In this document: positions 21,443-31,922 of the stretch, piece by piece | Layout of the letters: each line of letters begins with the position of its first letter | Position numbering within the stretch: position 1 is the first letter of the stretch | From: Octopus bimaculoides | Taxonomy: Eukaryota | Assembly (NCBI RefSeq): GCF_001194135.2 | Contig: NC_068986.1 | Span: 25,020,958 to 25,053,672 of the forward strand | Direction: 5' to 3' | DNA length: 32,715 bases | Made by a program: the position numbers and the translations under genes | The notes under the pieces: model-generated | What the model was told of the DNA's origin: nothing | The model's input: the letters and a program-made list of their open reading frames with translations, nothing else | Databases searched by the model: none

Positions 21443-21847
21443 ACAACCTCTCCACCACCACCGCCATAAGGAGATATCAACGTAATTTTTATTCCAACAA
21501 TCCACTTAACAACCATGCACAACAAACCCATACCACAGGAAGTAATTACCAACGACAGCCCTCTAAAGCACCACATCCAAACTTGAGATACAGGGACACA
21601 CTTTTCAATTTCCATCCAAGAACCCGCACCATAAATCACTACAACAAGACACCCCCACAACAACAGGGGACAACTACATAAGAGCTACCGTCCCTCAATC
21701 ATTTTTTAGACCCAGTACGCAAACACAGGGATACGAGATAACATCGTACAGACAGGAGAAACCAAAAGTGATAAAAATCATCAATGGAACCCACAAAGAA
21801 CTAACAGCAATCAAATCAACATACTCTCCAAAGGGCTCGAATTTACA
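21443..21847 (+). mobile_element. Penelope-like element ORF N-terminal fragment
   Basis: C/A-rich sense strand ending IINGTHKELTA/(frameshift)NQINILSKGLEFT, matching the PLE pre-RT motif N.S...LT..E..LL.KGL.F.P. Confidence 0.65.
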
Positions 21848-21980
21848 ACTTAGCGGTTTGGCAAAGACACCGATAGAATAAGTACTAGGCTTACTAAGAA
21901 TAAGTCCTGGGGTCGATTTGCTCGACTAAAGGCGGTGCTTCAGCATAGCCGCAGTCAAATGACTGAAACAAGTAAAAGGA
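21848..21980 (+). mobile_element. SINE family A 3' fragment
   Basis: ACTTAGCGGTTTGGCAAAGACACCGATAGAATAAGTACTAGG...GGCGGTGCTTCAGCATAGCCGCAGTCAAATGACTGAAACAAGTAAAAG. Confidence 0.92.
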
Positions 21981-22581
21981 TATATATATATACATAGTAG
22001 TCAATAGGATGTTATGTTAAGCAGTGTTGTGTAGAGGCTGATTTTGTAGGGTTAATATTGGTTACTACATTTTGTTGGACAGAATTCAAATACTTTTGCT
22101 GTATAACGATGAGTACATAATTTATAACACTTTCATGTATATACAAACATGGAAAAGCGCTCGCAGTTAAATCACTATTCGTACTTGAAACAGCTGAGAT
22201 CAAAATAACGATGTGTAATATCATTTATCATATATTTGTGTGTACATGAACGCGTTATAAATCACGTGCACAGCGTTATTTTGATGCTTACTCTTTCAAG
22301 GGCATATGCTGTTTTTGAAGTGTGTTTATTTCTTCCGAAAGCAGTTACTGGACTTAATATTTTAACTATTATGAGGGAGTAAGATTGCTAGCAGAGAATT
22401 CATTGAAATTGCTTGATATGGTAGGATGATATATGTATATCCATACATGTATGATTGGATATATAAACTCACCGCACACACTCGCATACATCTATACATA
22501 CATTCTCTGACGCACACATAAATGCTCAAACGTCTGTGTAAGAAGGTAACATTTCGAAAATATGTACAGAGTGTGCATATT

Positions 22582-22592
22582 TATCTATCTAA

Positions 22593-22623
<31 letters not shown>

Positions 22624-22641
22624 TATATATATCTGTCTATC

Positions 22642-22722
<81 letters not shown>
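22582..22722. repeat. (CTAT)n-(AT)n-(GATA)n microsatellite
   Basis: Directly visible; the arrangement is self-complementary. Confidence 0.95.
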
Positions 22723-22723
<1 letters not shown>

Positions 22724-24139
22724 CGCCTGAAGAATTTTGATATTAGTCTAGAATCCAACAGTGTAGATAGCTCAAAGCTCTGATTGAGTGCTACATAGGA
22801 AATACTCTTTCATTCTACTCTGCCAGGACCTTATATATANNNNNNNNNNNNNNNNNNNNNNNNNNNNNNNNNNNNNNNNNNNNNNNNNNNNNNNNNNNNN
22901 NNNNNNNNNNNNNNNNNNNNNNNNNNNNNNNNNNNNNNNNNNNNNNNNNNNNNNNNNNNNNNNNNNNNNNNNNNNNNNNNNNNNNNNNNNNNNNNNNNNN
23001 NNNNNNNNNNNNNNNNNNNNNNNNNNNNNNNNNNNNNNNNNNNNNNNNNNNNNNNNNNNNNNNNNNNNNNNNNNNNNNNNNNNNNNNNNNNNNNNNNNNN
23101 NNNNNNNNNNNNNNNNNNNNNNNNNNNNNNNNNNNNNNNNNNNNNNNNNNNNNNNNNNNNNNNNNNNNNNNNNNNNNNNNNNNNNNNNNNNNNNNNNNNN
23201 NNNNNNNNNNNNNNNNNNNNNNNNNNNNNNNNNNNNNNNNNNNNNNNNNNNNNNNNNNNNNNNNNNNNNNNNNNNNNNNNNNNNNNNNNNNNNNNNNNNN
23301 NNNNNNNNNNNNNNNNNNNNNNNNNNNNNNNNNNNNNNNNNNNNNNNNNNNNNNNNNNNNNNNNNNNNNNNNNNNNNNNNNNNNNNNNNNNNNNNNNNNN
23401 NNNNNNNNNNNNNNNNNNNNNNNNNNNNNNNNNNNNNNNNNNNNNNNNNNNNNNNNNNNNNNNNNNNNNNNNNNNNNNNNNNNNNNNNNNNNNNNNNNNN
23501 NNNNNNNNNNNNNNNNNNNNNNNNNNNNNNNNNNNNNNNNNNNNNNNNNNNNNTATATGATACGTATGGATGAGTGTTTCAGATCATTGTGAGTGCTACA
23601 GGTAACATGAACACAACCATTAAAGGGTAGATGTTCTCAGTAGTCAACGGCCATCCTACGGCCTATGTGTAGACATTTTTCTAGAAAGAAAATTCTCGTG
23701 TGACACCTGCGACTTCGTTTGCATCCAATGATGTGGACCAGTTCTTCTTTTCGAGCAAAAGCATACGTTGCTTAGAGGTTGTGTTTGGCCCTGTGCAAGG
23801 CCTTTCTTCACTTTAAGAACGTTCAGGCACAGGCATCGCTTGATTTTTAACATTTGTATTATATGTTGAATACTATAGCGAGTTGTAACCGAGAAAATAC
23901 AAATAGAGAAAAAAATCATTGAAAAATTCCTTGGCGGAATGAAGGCATATGTTAATATGGGTAGCAAGCTTCTCTGAATACCAAGAAAGTGTAGATGCCT
24001 AACAGACTGAAAAGACACATTCGTGCTGCTTTAAGAAAACGGTCAAGCTATAATATTGCTCGAAATCAAGTTGCAGCGATTACATGTATGTATGTATGTA
24101 TGTAGGTAGGTAGGTAGGTAGGTATGTAGGTATGTATGT

Positions 24140-24923
24140 AACGAACGGTTAATTAAAATATGTTTGTGACATATTCTAAATTCTAAGGTAAATTCACTGC
24201 AGTTACTGTGAAGAAAGAATTCTCTCTTATGGCAAAAAATGTAAAAGCACTGTATCTGCCCAGTGGTTTCCTCCAGCGGATTCCCAGACGCGCGTTTTTG
24301 GCTCTTTAGCCTTCCTCAATGAGAAATACCGAAGAGAGAGACAACCCTGGGCAGATTCAAAACCGTAGCTTTAATTAAAAGGCAATCAACATCAGTGAAA
24401 GAGATGCGCTAGTGGACCGTCAGGTCAGAATAAGAATAGCAGTAGCGCCGATAGTGATTAGGAACAAACGAATTTTAGGTTGGCCAAAATATATGTTTGT
24501 GATATATTCTAAATTCTAAAGGCAAATTCACTGCAGTTAACGTGGAGAGAAATTTCTCTCTTATTGTAAAAACTGTTACAACACCATATCTGCTCAGTGT
24601 TTCCCTCTAGCGGATTCCTAGACGCTCGTTTCTGACTCTCTACCCTTCCTTAGTGGGAACTACCGAAGAGAGATAACTCTAGGCGGATTCAAAGTCGTAG
24701 CTTTAACAAAAAAGCAGTCAACATCAGTAGCTGAGTTGCGTTACAAGACCGCCTGGTCGGAATAAAAATAGCAGCATCAGCGCCAAGCACTAATAAGGAA
24801 TAAACGAACTTTAGTGCAGCTCAGTCACCGATGTCGGCTGCCAGGGTAGCTGCAGTGAATTGACTTCAGAAGTTAGAATATGTCACAAACATATTTTAAC
24901 TAACTTAAAGTTCGTTTATTCCT
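24140..24923. repeat. Unclassified element: two tandem units of about 331 bp plus a terminal inverted copy of the unit junction
   Basis: Units start at about 24155 and 24486 (AAAATATGTTTGTGA.ATATTCTAAATTCTAA..AAATTCACTGCAG); 24850-24923 is the reverse complement of the unit-end/unit-start sequence. Confidence 0.85.
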
Positions 24924-25400
24924 CAGGCTCATCCTCTATTCGGTTCTATCAGAAGCAGCAACCATTACGCATTTCTACCGAATTGCCAAACGAGACTAAC
25001 TGAGACCATGGATATTATCCAACCATCATGGTCATGGTCTTTCCCTAGATGTTCCGCCGTTTGGCTCAGCTTGAAGAATCTGTTTTCGATCCTTTCCCGT
25101 AACATTCTAGTTACCTGTTCGTAGTATGGAAGCAGTGATCTCTCAATGCAGAGAAATAACGGCTCGACCTGGAAAGGCTTCTTGATCTCCAAGCTACGCA
25201 CCCTGCCGAGAAACGTTACTCCAGAGATCTTCCGAAGGAACTCCGGTTCGGTTGCTTGTTTTCGAAATTGTACCCTTTCGATCACAACCAAAAATCTATA
25301 ACTATATGTTTCTTTTTGCGAAAACACGAACCCTTTGCCCCAAATTCGCTTCCAGCACCCGAGAATCTGGAGCCATCAAATCCTAAGATGATGTTGTAGC
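24924..25400 (-). mobile_element. RTE-clade LINE 3' ORF fragment
   Basis: ERVQFRKQATEPEFLRKISGVTFLGRVRSLEIKKPFQVEPLFLCIERSLL...VTRM matches the RTE C-terminal QAAEM.FLR.I.G.T..D.VRS..IR..L.VEPL...IER.QLRW.GHV.RM. Confidence 0.85.
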
Positions 25401-25437
25401 TTATTTTATCAACAAAGAAAAATAGCTTAAATTACAG

Positions 25438-25746
25438 ACGCAGGATGGTTGCGCGGTAAGAAGCTTGCTTCCCAATCATATGGTCCCGGGTTCAGTCCCA
25501 CTGAGTAGCACTTTGAGCAAGTGTCTTCTTCTATAACCTCGGGATAATGCCGGTGCTTGTTCCCCACCACCGCTTGACAACCGGTGCTGGTATGTTTACG
25601 TTTCCGTAACTTTGTGGTTCGGCAAAAATGGGCTGATATGATAAGCACCAAACTTTTTAAAAATTAGTGAAATCGATTCGCTCGACAGTGTATCAGCATG
25701 GCCGCAGTCTAATGACTGAAGCAAGTAAAACAGAATAGATAGAAGA
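25438..25746 (+). mobile_element. SINE family A-related, internally deleted (lacks the microsatellite block)
   Basis: GGTAAGAAGCTTGCTTCCCAATCATATGGTCCCGGGTTCAGTCCCAC...CAGCATGGCCGCAGTCTAATGACTGAAGCAAGTAAAA. Confidence 0.85.
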
Positions 25747-26769
25747 TACAGTCTTTTATTTTTCTTCCCGGCAATTTTATCTTTAAGGTTTGGTAGAACA
25801 GCAAGAATGTATAGTGGTGTGCTCGTTAAATGTATATCACTAGAAATTCTCATTTTCTATGTCTGTTTATATGTGTCGGGAATTCAGCCAAAAATTGCGT
25901 TGTAGCGCAAAAATATTTGGACTAAGCCGCTGTGAAATATAATGCAATCTGGTCATTGGAATAATCAAAAGCAAACAATATTGTTGTGGCATATTTTAAC
26001 AGGACCAAAAATAACATGGAGGTGAATTCTTGTGCAGATGTAAAGATAGACAGATAAATATAGAATATATAGAAATACGCAGACAGATAGTAAACAAACT
26101 GGCTGTATGATTACATATATATATATATANNNNNNNNNNNNNNNNNNNNNNNNNNNNNNNNNNNNNNNNNNNNNNNNNNNNNNNNNNNNNNNNNNNNNNN
26201 NNNNNNNNNNNNNNNNNNNNNNNNNNNNNNNNNNNNNNNNNNNNNNNNNNNNNNNNNNNNNNNNNNNNNNNNNNNNNNNNNNNNNNNNNNNNNNNNNNNN
26301 NNNNNNNNNNNNNNNNNNNNNNNNNNNNNNNNNNNNNNNNNNNNNNNNNNNNNNNNNNNNNNNNNNNNNNNNNNNNNNNNNNNNNNNNNNNNNNNNNNNN
26401 NNNNNNNNNNNNNNNNNNNNNNNNNNNNNNNNNNNNNNNNNNNNNNNNNNNNNNNNNNNNNNNNNNNNNNNNNNNNNNNNNNNNNNNNNNNNNNNNNNNN
26501 NNNNNNNNNNNNNNNNNNNNNNNNNNNNNNNNNNNNNNNNNNNNNNNNNNNNNNNNNNNNNNNNNNNNNNNNNNNNNNNNNNNNNNNNNNNNNNNNNNNN
26601 NNNNNNNNNNNNNNNNNNNNNNNNNNNNNNNNNNNNNNNNNNNNNNNNNNNNNNNNNNNNNNNNNNNNNNNNNNNNNNNNNNNNNNNNNNNNNNNNNNNN
26701 NNNNNNNNNNNNNNNNNNNNNNNNNNNNNNNNNNNNNNNNNNNNNNNNNNNNNNNNNNNNNNNNNNNNN

Positions 26770-27667
26770 ATGAGGTCTGATCAATAAGTATCAGGACTGT
26801 TGCCGAAGTAACGAGGCTAAAGCACGCAGAGTAAAGCCGCTTAGCACAGATTGACCTTGAACTCTGCTGCGCATGCACACTAAGTTTTAATGTTCTAGCT
26901 CACTTCTGCTGTTTACAGCAGTGCTTGGAAAGAATGTGTGTAGCGTGTGATCGTCGCATTGACCATGACAGAGAGAGTTGAGCAGAGAATCTGCATCAAA
27001 TTTTGCCAAAAGCTTGGCGACACCTGCTCAGAAGCCTACGTAAAGTTTTCAAAAAGTTTTCATCGTTCTTGATACAATCAAGGAGATCTTGCGCAATTGA
27101 AATCCGAGTGTTTTTTGATCAGCTAAAAGCAGTTTTGGCACAAACTTGGCAGACATGCGTCTCATATCCAAATCTTTAGTGATAATGGACTGAAATGAAC
27201 CGTAACTAATCTGCACATTCTCTGATAATTCACAGATGGTGATTCAACGATTTTCACCCACATCTGTACGCGCATCTGCGATGTTTTTCTCAGTTCTGCT
27301 GGTTGCAGGTCTTCCAGAACGTTCGTCAAAATCGACATTTTCATCGATCATTCTGGAAACGCCTGAACCACTCGTACACTTCTGTGCGGCTCATACACTC
27401 ATCCCCATACACTTTCTGCAACTTTGCATAGGCCTCCGAGCAGATATTGCCATGACAGCTTTCTCTGTCATTGTCAATGAAACGCTCACACGTTACACAC
27501 CTTCCTTCCAAGCACTGCTGTAAATAGCGAAGGTGAGCTAGGACGTTAAAACTTAGTACGCATGCACAGAATAGTTCAAGGTCAATCTTTGCCCAGCGGC
27601 TTCACTCTGCATGCTTTAGCTTCGTTACTCTGGCAATAGTCCGGATATTTATTGATCAGACCTCATG
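26770..27667. mobile_element. Non-autonomous mariner derivative built from two inverted 5' ends
   Basis: 35-bp ITRs at 26770-26804 and 27632-27666 (3 mismatches), TA at 27668. Left arm encodes MTERVEQRICIKFCQKLGDTCSEAY on plus; right arm on minus encodes KVYGDECMSRTEVYEWFRRF...RSGRP...SAKFVPKLL. Confidence 0.9.
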
Positions 27668-27899
27668 TATATGTATATATGTAGATACATCACAGCTAGC
27701 CACCTACACTTTACTCTGCAAAATAGGGATAGTTTATCCTGTTCAGGCTATATTATTAGCATTATTCTGCGATTGAGAATTTAAAATCACTTCTTTAACT
27801 TTCTAAAAGACATCTCAACGCATCTAAAAGCATGCTTCACTTGTTTATTTACATTTGTCGTAATTTGAATTTAACATATACATGTACGTATACATACTT

Positions 27900-27998
27900 A
27901 TTATTTTACTCCTTTAATTGCTTGTCATTTGAGTGTGGCTATGCTGGAGCACAGCCCTTAGTCGAACAAATCGACCCCAGGACTTATTCTTTGAAAGC
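27900..27998 (-). mobile_element. SINE family A 3' fragment running into a gap
   Basis: GTCATTTGAGTGTGGCTATGCTGGAGCAC...GTCGAACAAATCGACCCCAGGACTTATTCTTTG. Confidence 0.85.
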
Positions 27999-28603
27999 NN
28001 NNNNNNNNNNNNNNNNNNNNNNNNNNNNNNNNNNNNNNNNNNNNNNNNNNNNNNNNNNNNNNNNNNNNNNNNNNNNNNNNNNNNNNNNNNNNNNNNNNNN
28101 NNNNNNNNNNNNNNNNNNNNNNNNNNNNNNNNNNNNNNNNNNNNNNNNNNNNNNNNNNNNNNNNNNNNNNNNNNNNNNNNNNNNNNNNNNNNNNNNNNNN
28201 NNNNNNNNNNNNNNNNNNNNNNNNNNNNNNNNNNNNNNNNNNNNNNNNNNNNNNNNNNNNNNNNNNNNNNNNNNNNNNNNNNNNNNNNNNNNNNNNNNNN
28301 NNNNNNNNNNNNNNNNNNNNNNNNNNNNNNNNNNNNNNNNNNNNNNNNNNNNNNNNNNNNNNNNNNNNNNNNNNNNNNNNNNNNNNNNNNNNNNNNNNNN
28401 NNNNNNNNNNNNNNNNNNNNNNNNNNNNNNNNNNNNNNNNNNNNNNNNNNNNNNNNNNNNNNNNNNNNNNNNNNNNNNNNNNNNNNNNNNNNNNNNNNNN
28501 NNNNNNNNNNNNNNNNNNNNNNNNNNNNNNNNNNNNNNNNNNNNNNNNNNNNNNNNNNNNNNNNNNNNNNNNNNNNNNNNNNNNNNNNNNNNNNNNNNNN
28601 NNN

Positions 28604-28668
<65 letters not shown>

Positions 28669-28685
28669 CAGAGAGACAGAGACAG

Positions 28686-28718
<33 letters not shown>
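28604..28718. repeat. (AG)n/(AGAGAC)n/(AGAC)n microsatellite
   Basis: Directly visible. Confidence 0.95.
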
Positions 28719-29466
28719 ATGACTGCATCATTCAAACTCAAGCCAATTTGGAGGAAGAGAAACGCCATCATGACAAAGATCAACCTCGTGAATGCACAGC
28801 TACTTTCCAAGTCTTCGGAAGACACAGGCACTGAATATAAGATGCTTCTACAACAGCATAGACATTTCAATCTTGGACCACATCAGAAACGACCCAGTAA
28901 CGATCTGCTCCTACTCAAAGCACTCCTAAAACATTAGGAATTTTATAAAAGGTGATTTCGATATATAATGTCACATTCTGAAAACAGTCAATGAAAAAGT
29001 TGCAATTGTATCTTTCGGTGTAATGAATCTTTATCTAAACATCCCTCGTGAATTTGGAAGAGAAGCCATTAAATTCAGGTTGGATAATTATTCTGCCGAA
29101 CTACCACAACGCATAGAAAAGGAATTAATCATAAGAGGACTAAACTTCATTATACGGAATAACTATTATATGCTTAATGAGAACTTTTATCGACGAAAAT
29201 CTGGGATCGCAATGGGGAAGAAAATAGTACCCCTCCTTTGCAAATTCAGCAACGTATAGAATTGTTGATGGACAAAAGAGTCATGACAAAAATATGGCGA
29301 CTCTTTCTTTAAACATAAACAAGAAAACTGGATAAGGCACCTTGACGATTGCTTCATTTTATAGAACGAAAGCACTGAGAAACTTGAAACATCAAAACAC
29401 TACTTCGGTGGAATTAACAAAAATCTACAATTCACTACTAAATGTAGCCAATACCAACTCCCAATT
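28719..29466 (+). pseudogene. Decayed Penelope-like reverse-transcriptase domain
   Basis: IVSFGVMNLYLNIP (D..sLYtnIP), NNYYMLNENFYRRKSGIAMG (Y.Q..G.AMG), WIRHLDDCFIL (W.RY.DD, 29329-29361), INKNLQFT...QLP; several stops and frameshifts. Confidence 0.88.
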
Positions 29467-29502
29467 TGCCCGGCGTGCTAACGGTTCTGCCAGCTCGCCA
29501 CC
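29467..29502 (-). mobile_element. SINE family B head fragment
   Basis: TGCCCGGCGTGCTAACGGTTCTGCCAGCTCGCCACC. Confidence 0.8.
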
Positions 29503-29640
29503 TTAACCAATTGACTAATGATAAAGAAGTGGAATTGAACCTACGCGTGTGTTGTTATTATTGGCGTAATGGTTCTCCCAGGACACAACTAATTAAAGTC
29601 AACAACCCTATAGAAACAGACATATAGTATAAACCTACAG

Positions 29641-29984
29641 ACTCTCTCTTTTACTCTTTTACTCTTTTACTTGTTTCAGTCATTTGACTGCGGCCATGCT
29701 GGAGCACCGCCTTTAATCGAACAAATCGACCCCAGGACTTACTCTATCGGTCTCTTTTGCCGAACCGCTAAGTTACGGGGACGTAAACACACCAGCATCA
29801 GTTGTCAAGCGACGGTGGGGGGACAAACACAGACACACAAACACACATACATNNNNNNNNNNNNNNNNNNNNNNNNNNNNNNNNNNNNNNNNNNNNNNNN
29901 NNNNNNNNNNNNNNNNNNNNNNNNNNNNNNNNNNNNNNNNNNNNNNNNNNNNNNNNNNNNNNNNNNNNNNNNNNNNNNNNNNNN

Positions 29985-30016
<32 letters not shown>

Positions 30017-30173
30017 GACGGGCTTCTTTCAGTTTCCATCTACCAAATCCACTCACAAAGCTTTGGTCGGCCCGAGATTATAGTAGAAGACACTTGCCCA
30101 AGTTGCCACGCAGTGGGACTGAACCCGGAACCATGTGGTTGGTAAGCAAGCTACTTACCACACAGTCACTCCT
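29641..30173 (-). mobile_element. SINE family A, full length, with an assembly gap in its internal microsatellite
   Basis: All family A modules present; gap 29853-29984 lies inside the CA/TA block. Confidence 0.95.
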
Positions 30174-30298
30174 CAAACAATATCCTCTTCTCAATTCCTG
30201 CTCTACGAGACACACCGGAGTAAATGTCCCTCTTAAGTTAGTCAAAAGCATCTGCATAATTTTATCTGATGAAAACATCCGTGGCATTTTCAGAACCT

Positions 30299-30990
30299 AA
30301 GTATACACTATTGTTATATTTTTTGCCAAACAATCACTGTCATTGTATACTTGATTTTCATTTCAGCTTTCAAAAAATATGATCGTCCCCAATTATGACA
30401 GTACCTGTTTCAACACACGATTTCACATCAGGAATCGTTAAGAAAACCAGGTTTTTTGCCCATAACTCCCTGGTTTTTCGAGCGATTTCCTCCATACTTG
30501 TCACAAACATTAGTCATGACATAAAAATTGCTTTGCTTAAAATTTTTGTCAAGGTCATTCACATTAATTGTGAAAAATCCGCTAATAACTGCGTAAAAAT
30601 CGGTTTTTTGCCAATAACTTCCGCAGTTTCCAACCGTTTCGCTCCAAATTTTGTACAAACATTACTTATGCTTTAAGAATTGTTTTAAACTTATGTTTTT
30701 GTCGAATCGGTCCGCGCTGAATGGGAAAAGTCTGCCAATAACTGCGTAAAATTCGGTTTTTTGCCAATAACTTCCGCAGTTACAAAGCTGATTCGATCCA
30801 AATTTGGCAAGAATATTACCCACGCTTAATTGATTGTTTTAAATTAATGTTTTGTCAATTTTATTTGCATTAAATTTGCAATTTACTGGATTAAACTTAG
30901 TTGTTTTTTTTTGCTTACAACTTCAGCCGTTTACTCACGCGCCGAGGATTGTGGGGCAGTTGTACCTTGCTGATTTGATCTGTATACATT
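30299..30990. repeat. About 152-bp tandem repeat (3 to 4 units) with short flanking inverted motifs; possible Helentron/HINE-type non-autonomous element
   Basis: GGTTTTTTGCC.ATAACT at 30450, 30602 and 30755, with a degenerate fourth at about 30903; AAGTATACA (30299) / TGTATACTT (30344) inverted pair and TGTATACATT at 30981. Confidence 0.6.
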
Positions 30991-31144
30991 AGTATTTACT
31001 CACCCCAGACTATTATCGCCAACGATCATGATGCTTCACCCCCTTCCCCTTCCCCACTTCAGTACAAATTTTCTTTAATTACCCTCCGCTCGTGGTGTGA
31101 TGACACGGGGTGAACTGCGAGCATGACCTTTGACATGTGGGCAT

Positions 31145-31766
31145 GAACACTATTAATGCGCACCCCCTTTTTTGATCTGTGTACTGCTCCCAACTGTGGT
31201 CACCAAACAGTGTAAAACTAACAACGGAACTCGAGGCGATCCAGGGAAGCAACACGAGGATCGATACAATACGACATATCAGCTACTAGGAGAAACTAAA
31301 AGCGTTAAGACTCTACTCCCTGGAGCGAAGGCGGGAAAATTATGCAGTAATATACAGCTGGAAAATCCTAGAAAAATTTGCTTCAAACTTTGGCGTTGTC
31401 ACTTACACAAACAGCAAGACGGGGCGCTACTGCATGGTACCAAAGGCCCCAACATTGCCATCAGGATACAGGACCGGATACTGCAACAGCTTGGGCTTCA
31501 AAGGCACACAGCTCTTCAATATCCTCCGGCAAAGCCTTAGAGATCTGCATGGCGTGGATGTAAAGCTTTTTTTAAAGCAAAACTAGATCTACTTCTGTCA
31601 AGAGTTTCGGTTGAACCTACCTCTAGGCAAGAAACACAGCTGTCAAACCCCCGCATCTACCAAATGTCACATATCAGAGGAGGTTTAATGAAAGTGTAAG
31701 ACAATAAACAGCGGTGCCCCAACATTGCCGCAGTCCTTGGACTGAAAATCGGAGAGATAAATAAAT
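31145..31766 (+). mobile_element. CR1-like LINE 3' end (ORF C-terminus, stop codon, short 3' UTR, (TAAA) tail)
   Basis: YCSQLWSP...LEAIQ...SY*EKLKALRLYSLERRRENYAVIYSWKILE...QLFNIL...FKAKLDLLL matches the CR1-group post-RT YCS..WsP..., L..L.L.SLE.RR; ORF stop at about 31697-31699. Confidence 0.85.
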
Positions 31767-31783
31767 ATATATATATATATATA

Positions 31784-31922
31784 ACCGTCTACTAGATCCA
31801 CTCACAAGGCTTTGGTTGGTCCGGAGCTACATTGAAGACACTTGCCCAAAGCGTCACGCAGTGGGACTGAACCCGGCAACATGTAGTTGAGAAGTAAATT
31901 TCTTACCACACAGTTATGCCTA
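31784..31922 (-). mobile_element. SINE family A 5' half
   Basis: CCGTCTACTAGATCCACTCACAAGGCTTTGG...GACACTTGCCCAAAG...GTGGGACTGAACCCGG...CTTACCACACAG. Confidence 0.85.

Noticed and set aside
23590-24030. 120-aa minus-strand ORF (23656-24018)
   Set aside because: No recognisable domain in any frame; it may be decayed element sequence.
30266-30293. CTGATGAAAAC... as a hammerhead core (also CTGATGA at 9091 and 13413)
   Set aside because: No downstream helix II plus GAAA at a suitable distance; the 13413 instance lies within LINE coding sequence.
429-30300. Long ORFs that span N runs (e.g. 14634-15599, 18051-19133, 27914-28870)
   Set aside because: They stay open only because N codons contain no stops; the flanking residues are low-complexity or SINE-derived.
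30443-30930. Regularly spaced repeats as a CRISPR array (also 7598-7945 and 24155-24815)
   Set aside because: Eukaryotic context, no cas genes, and the intervening sequences are homologous to each other rather than unique spacers.
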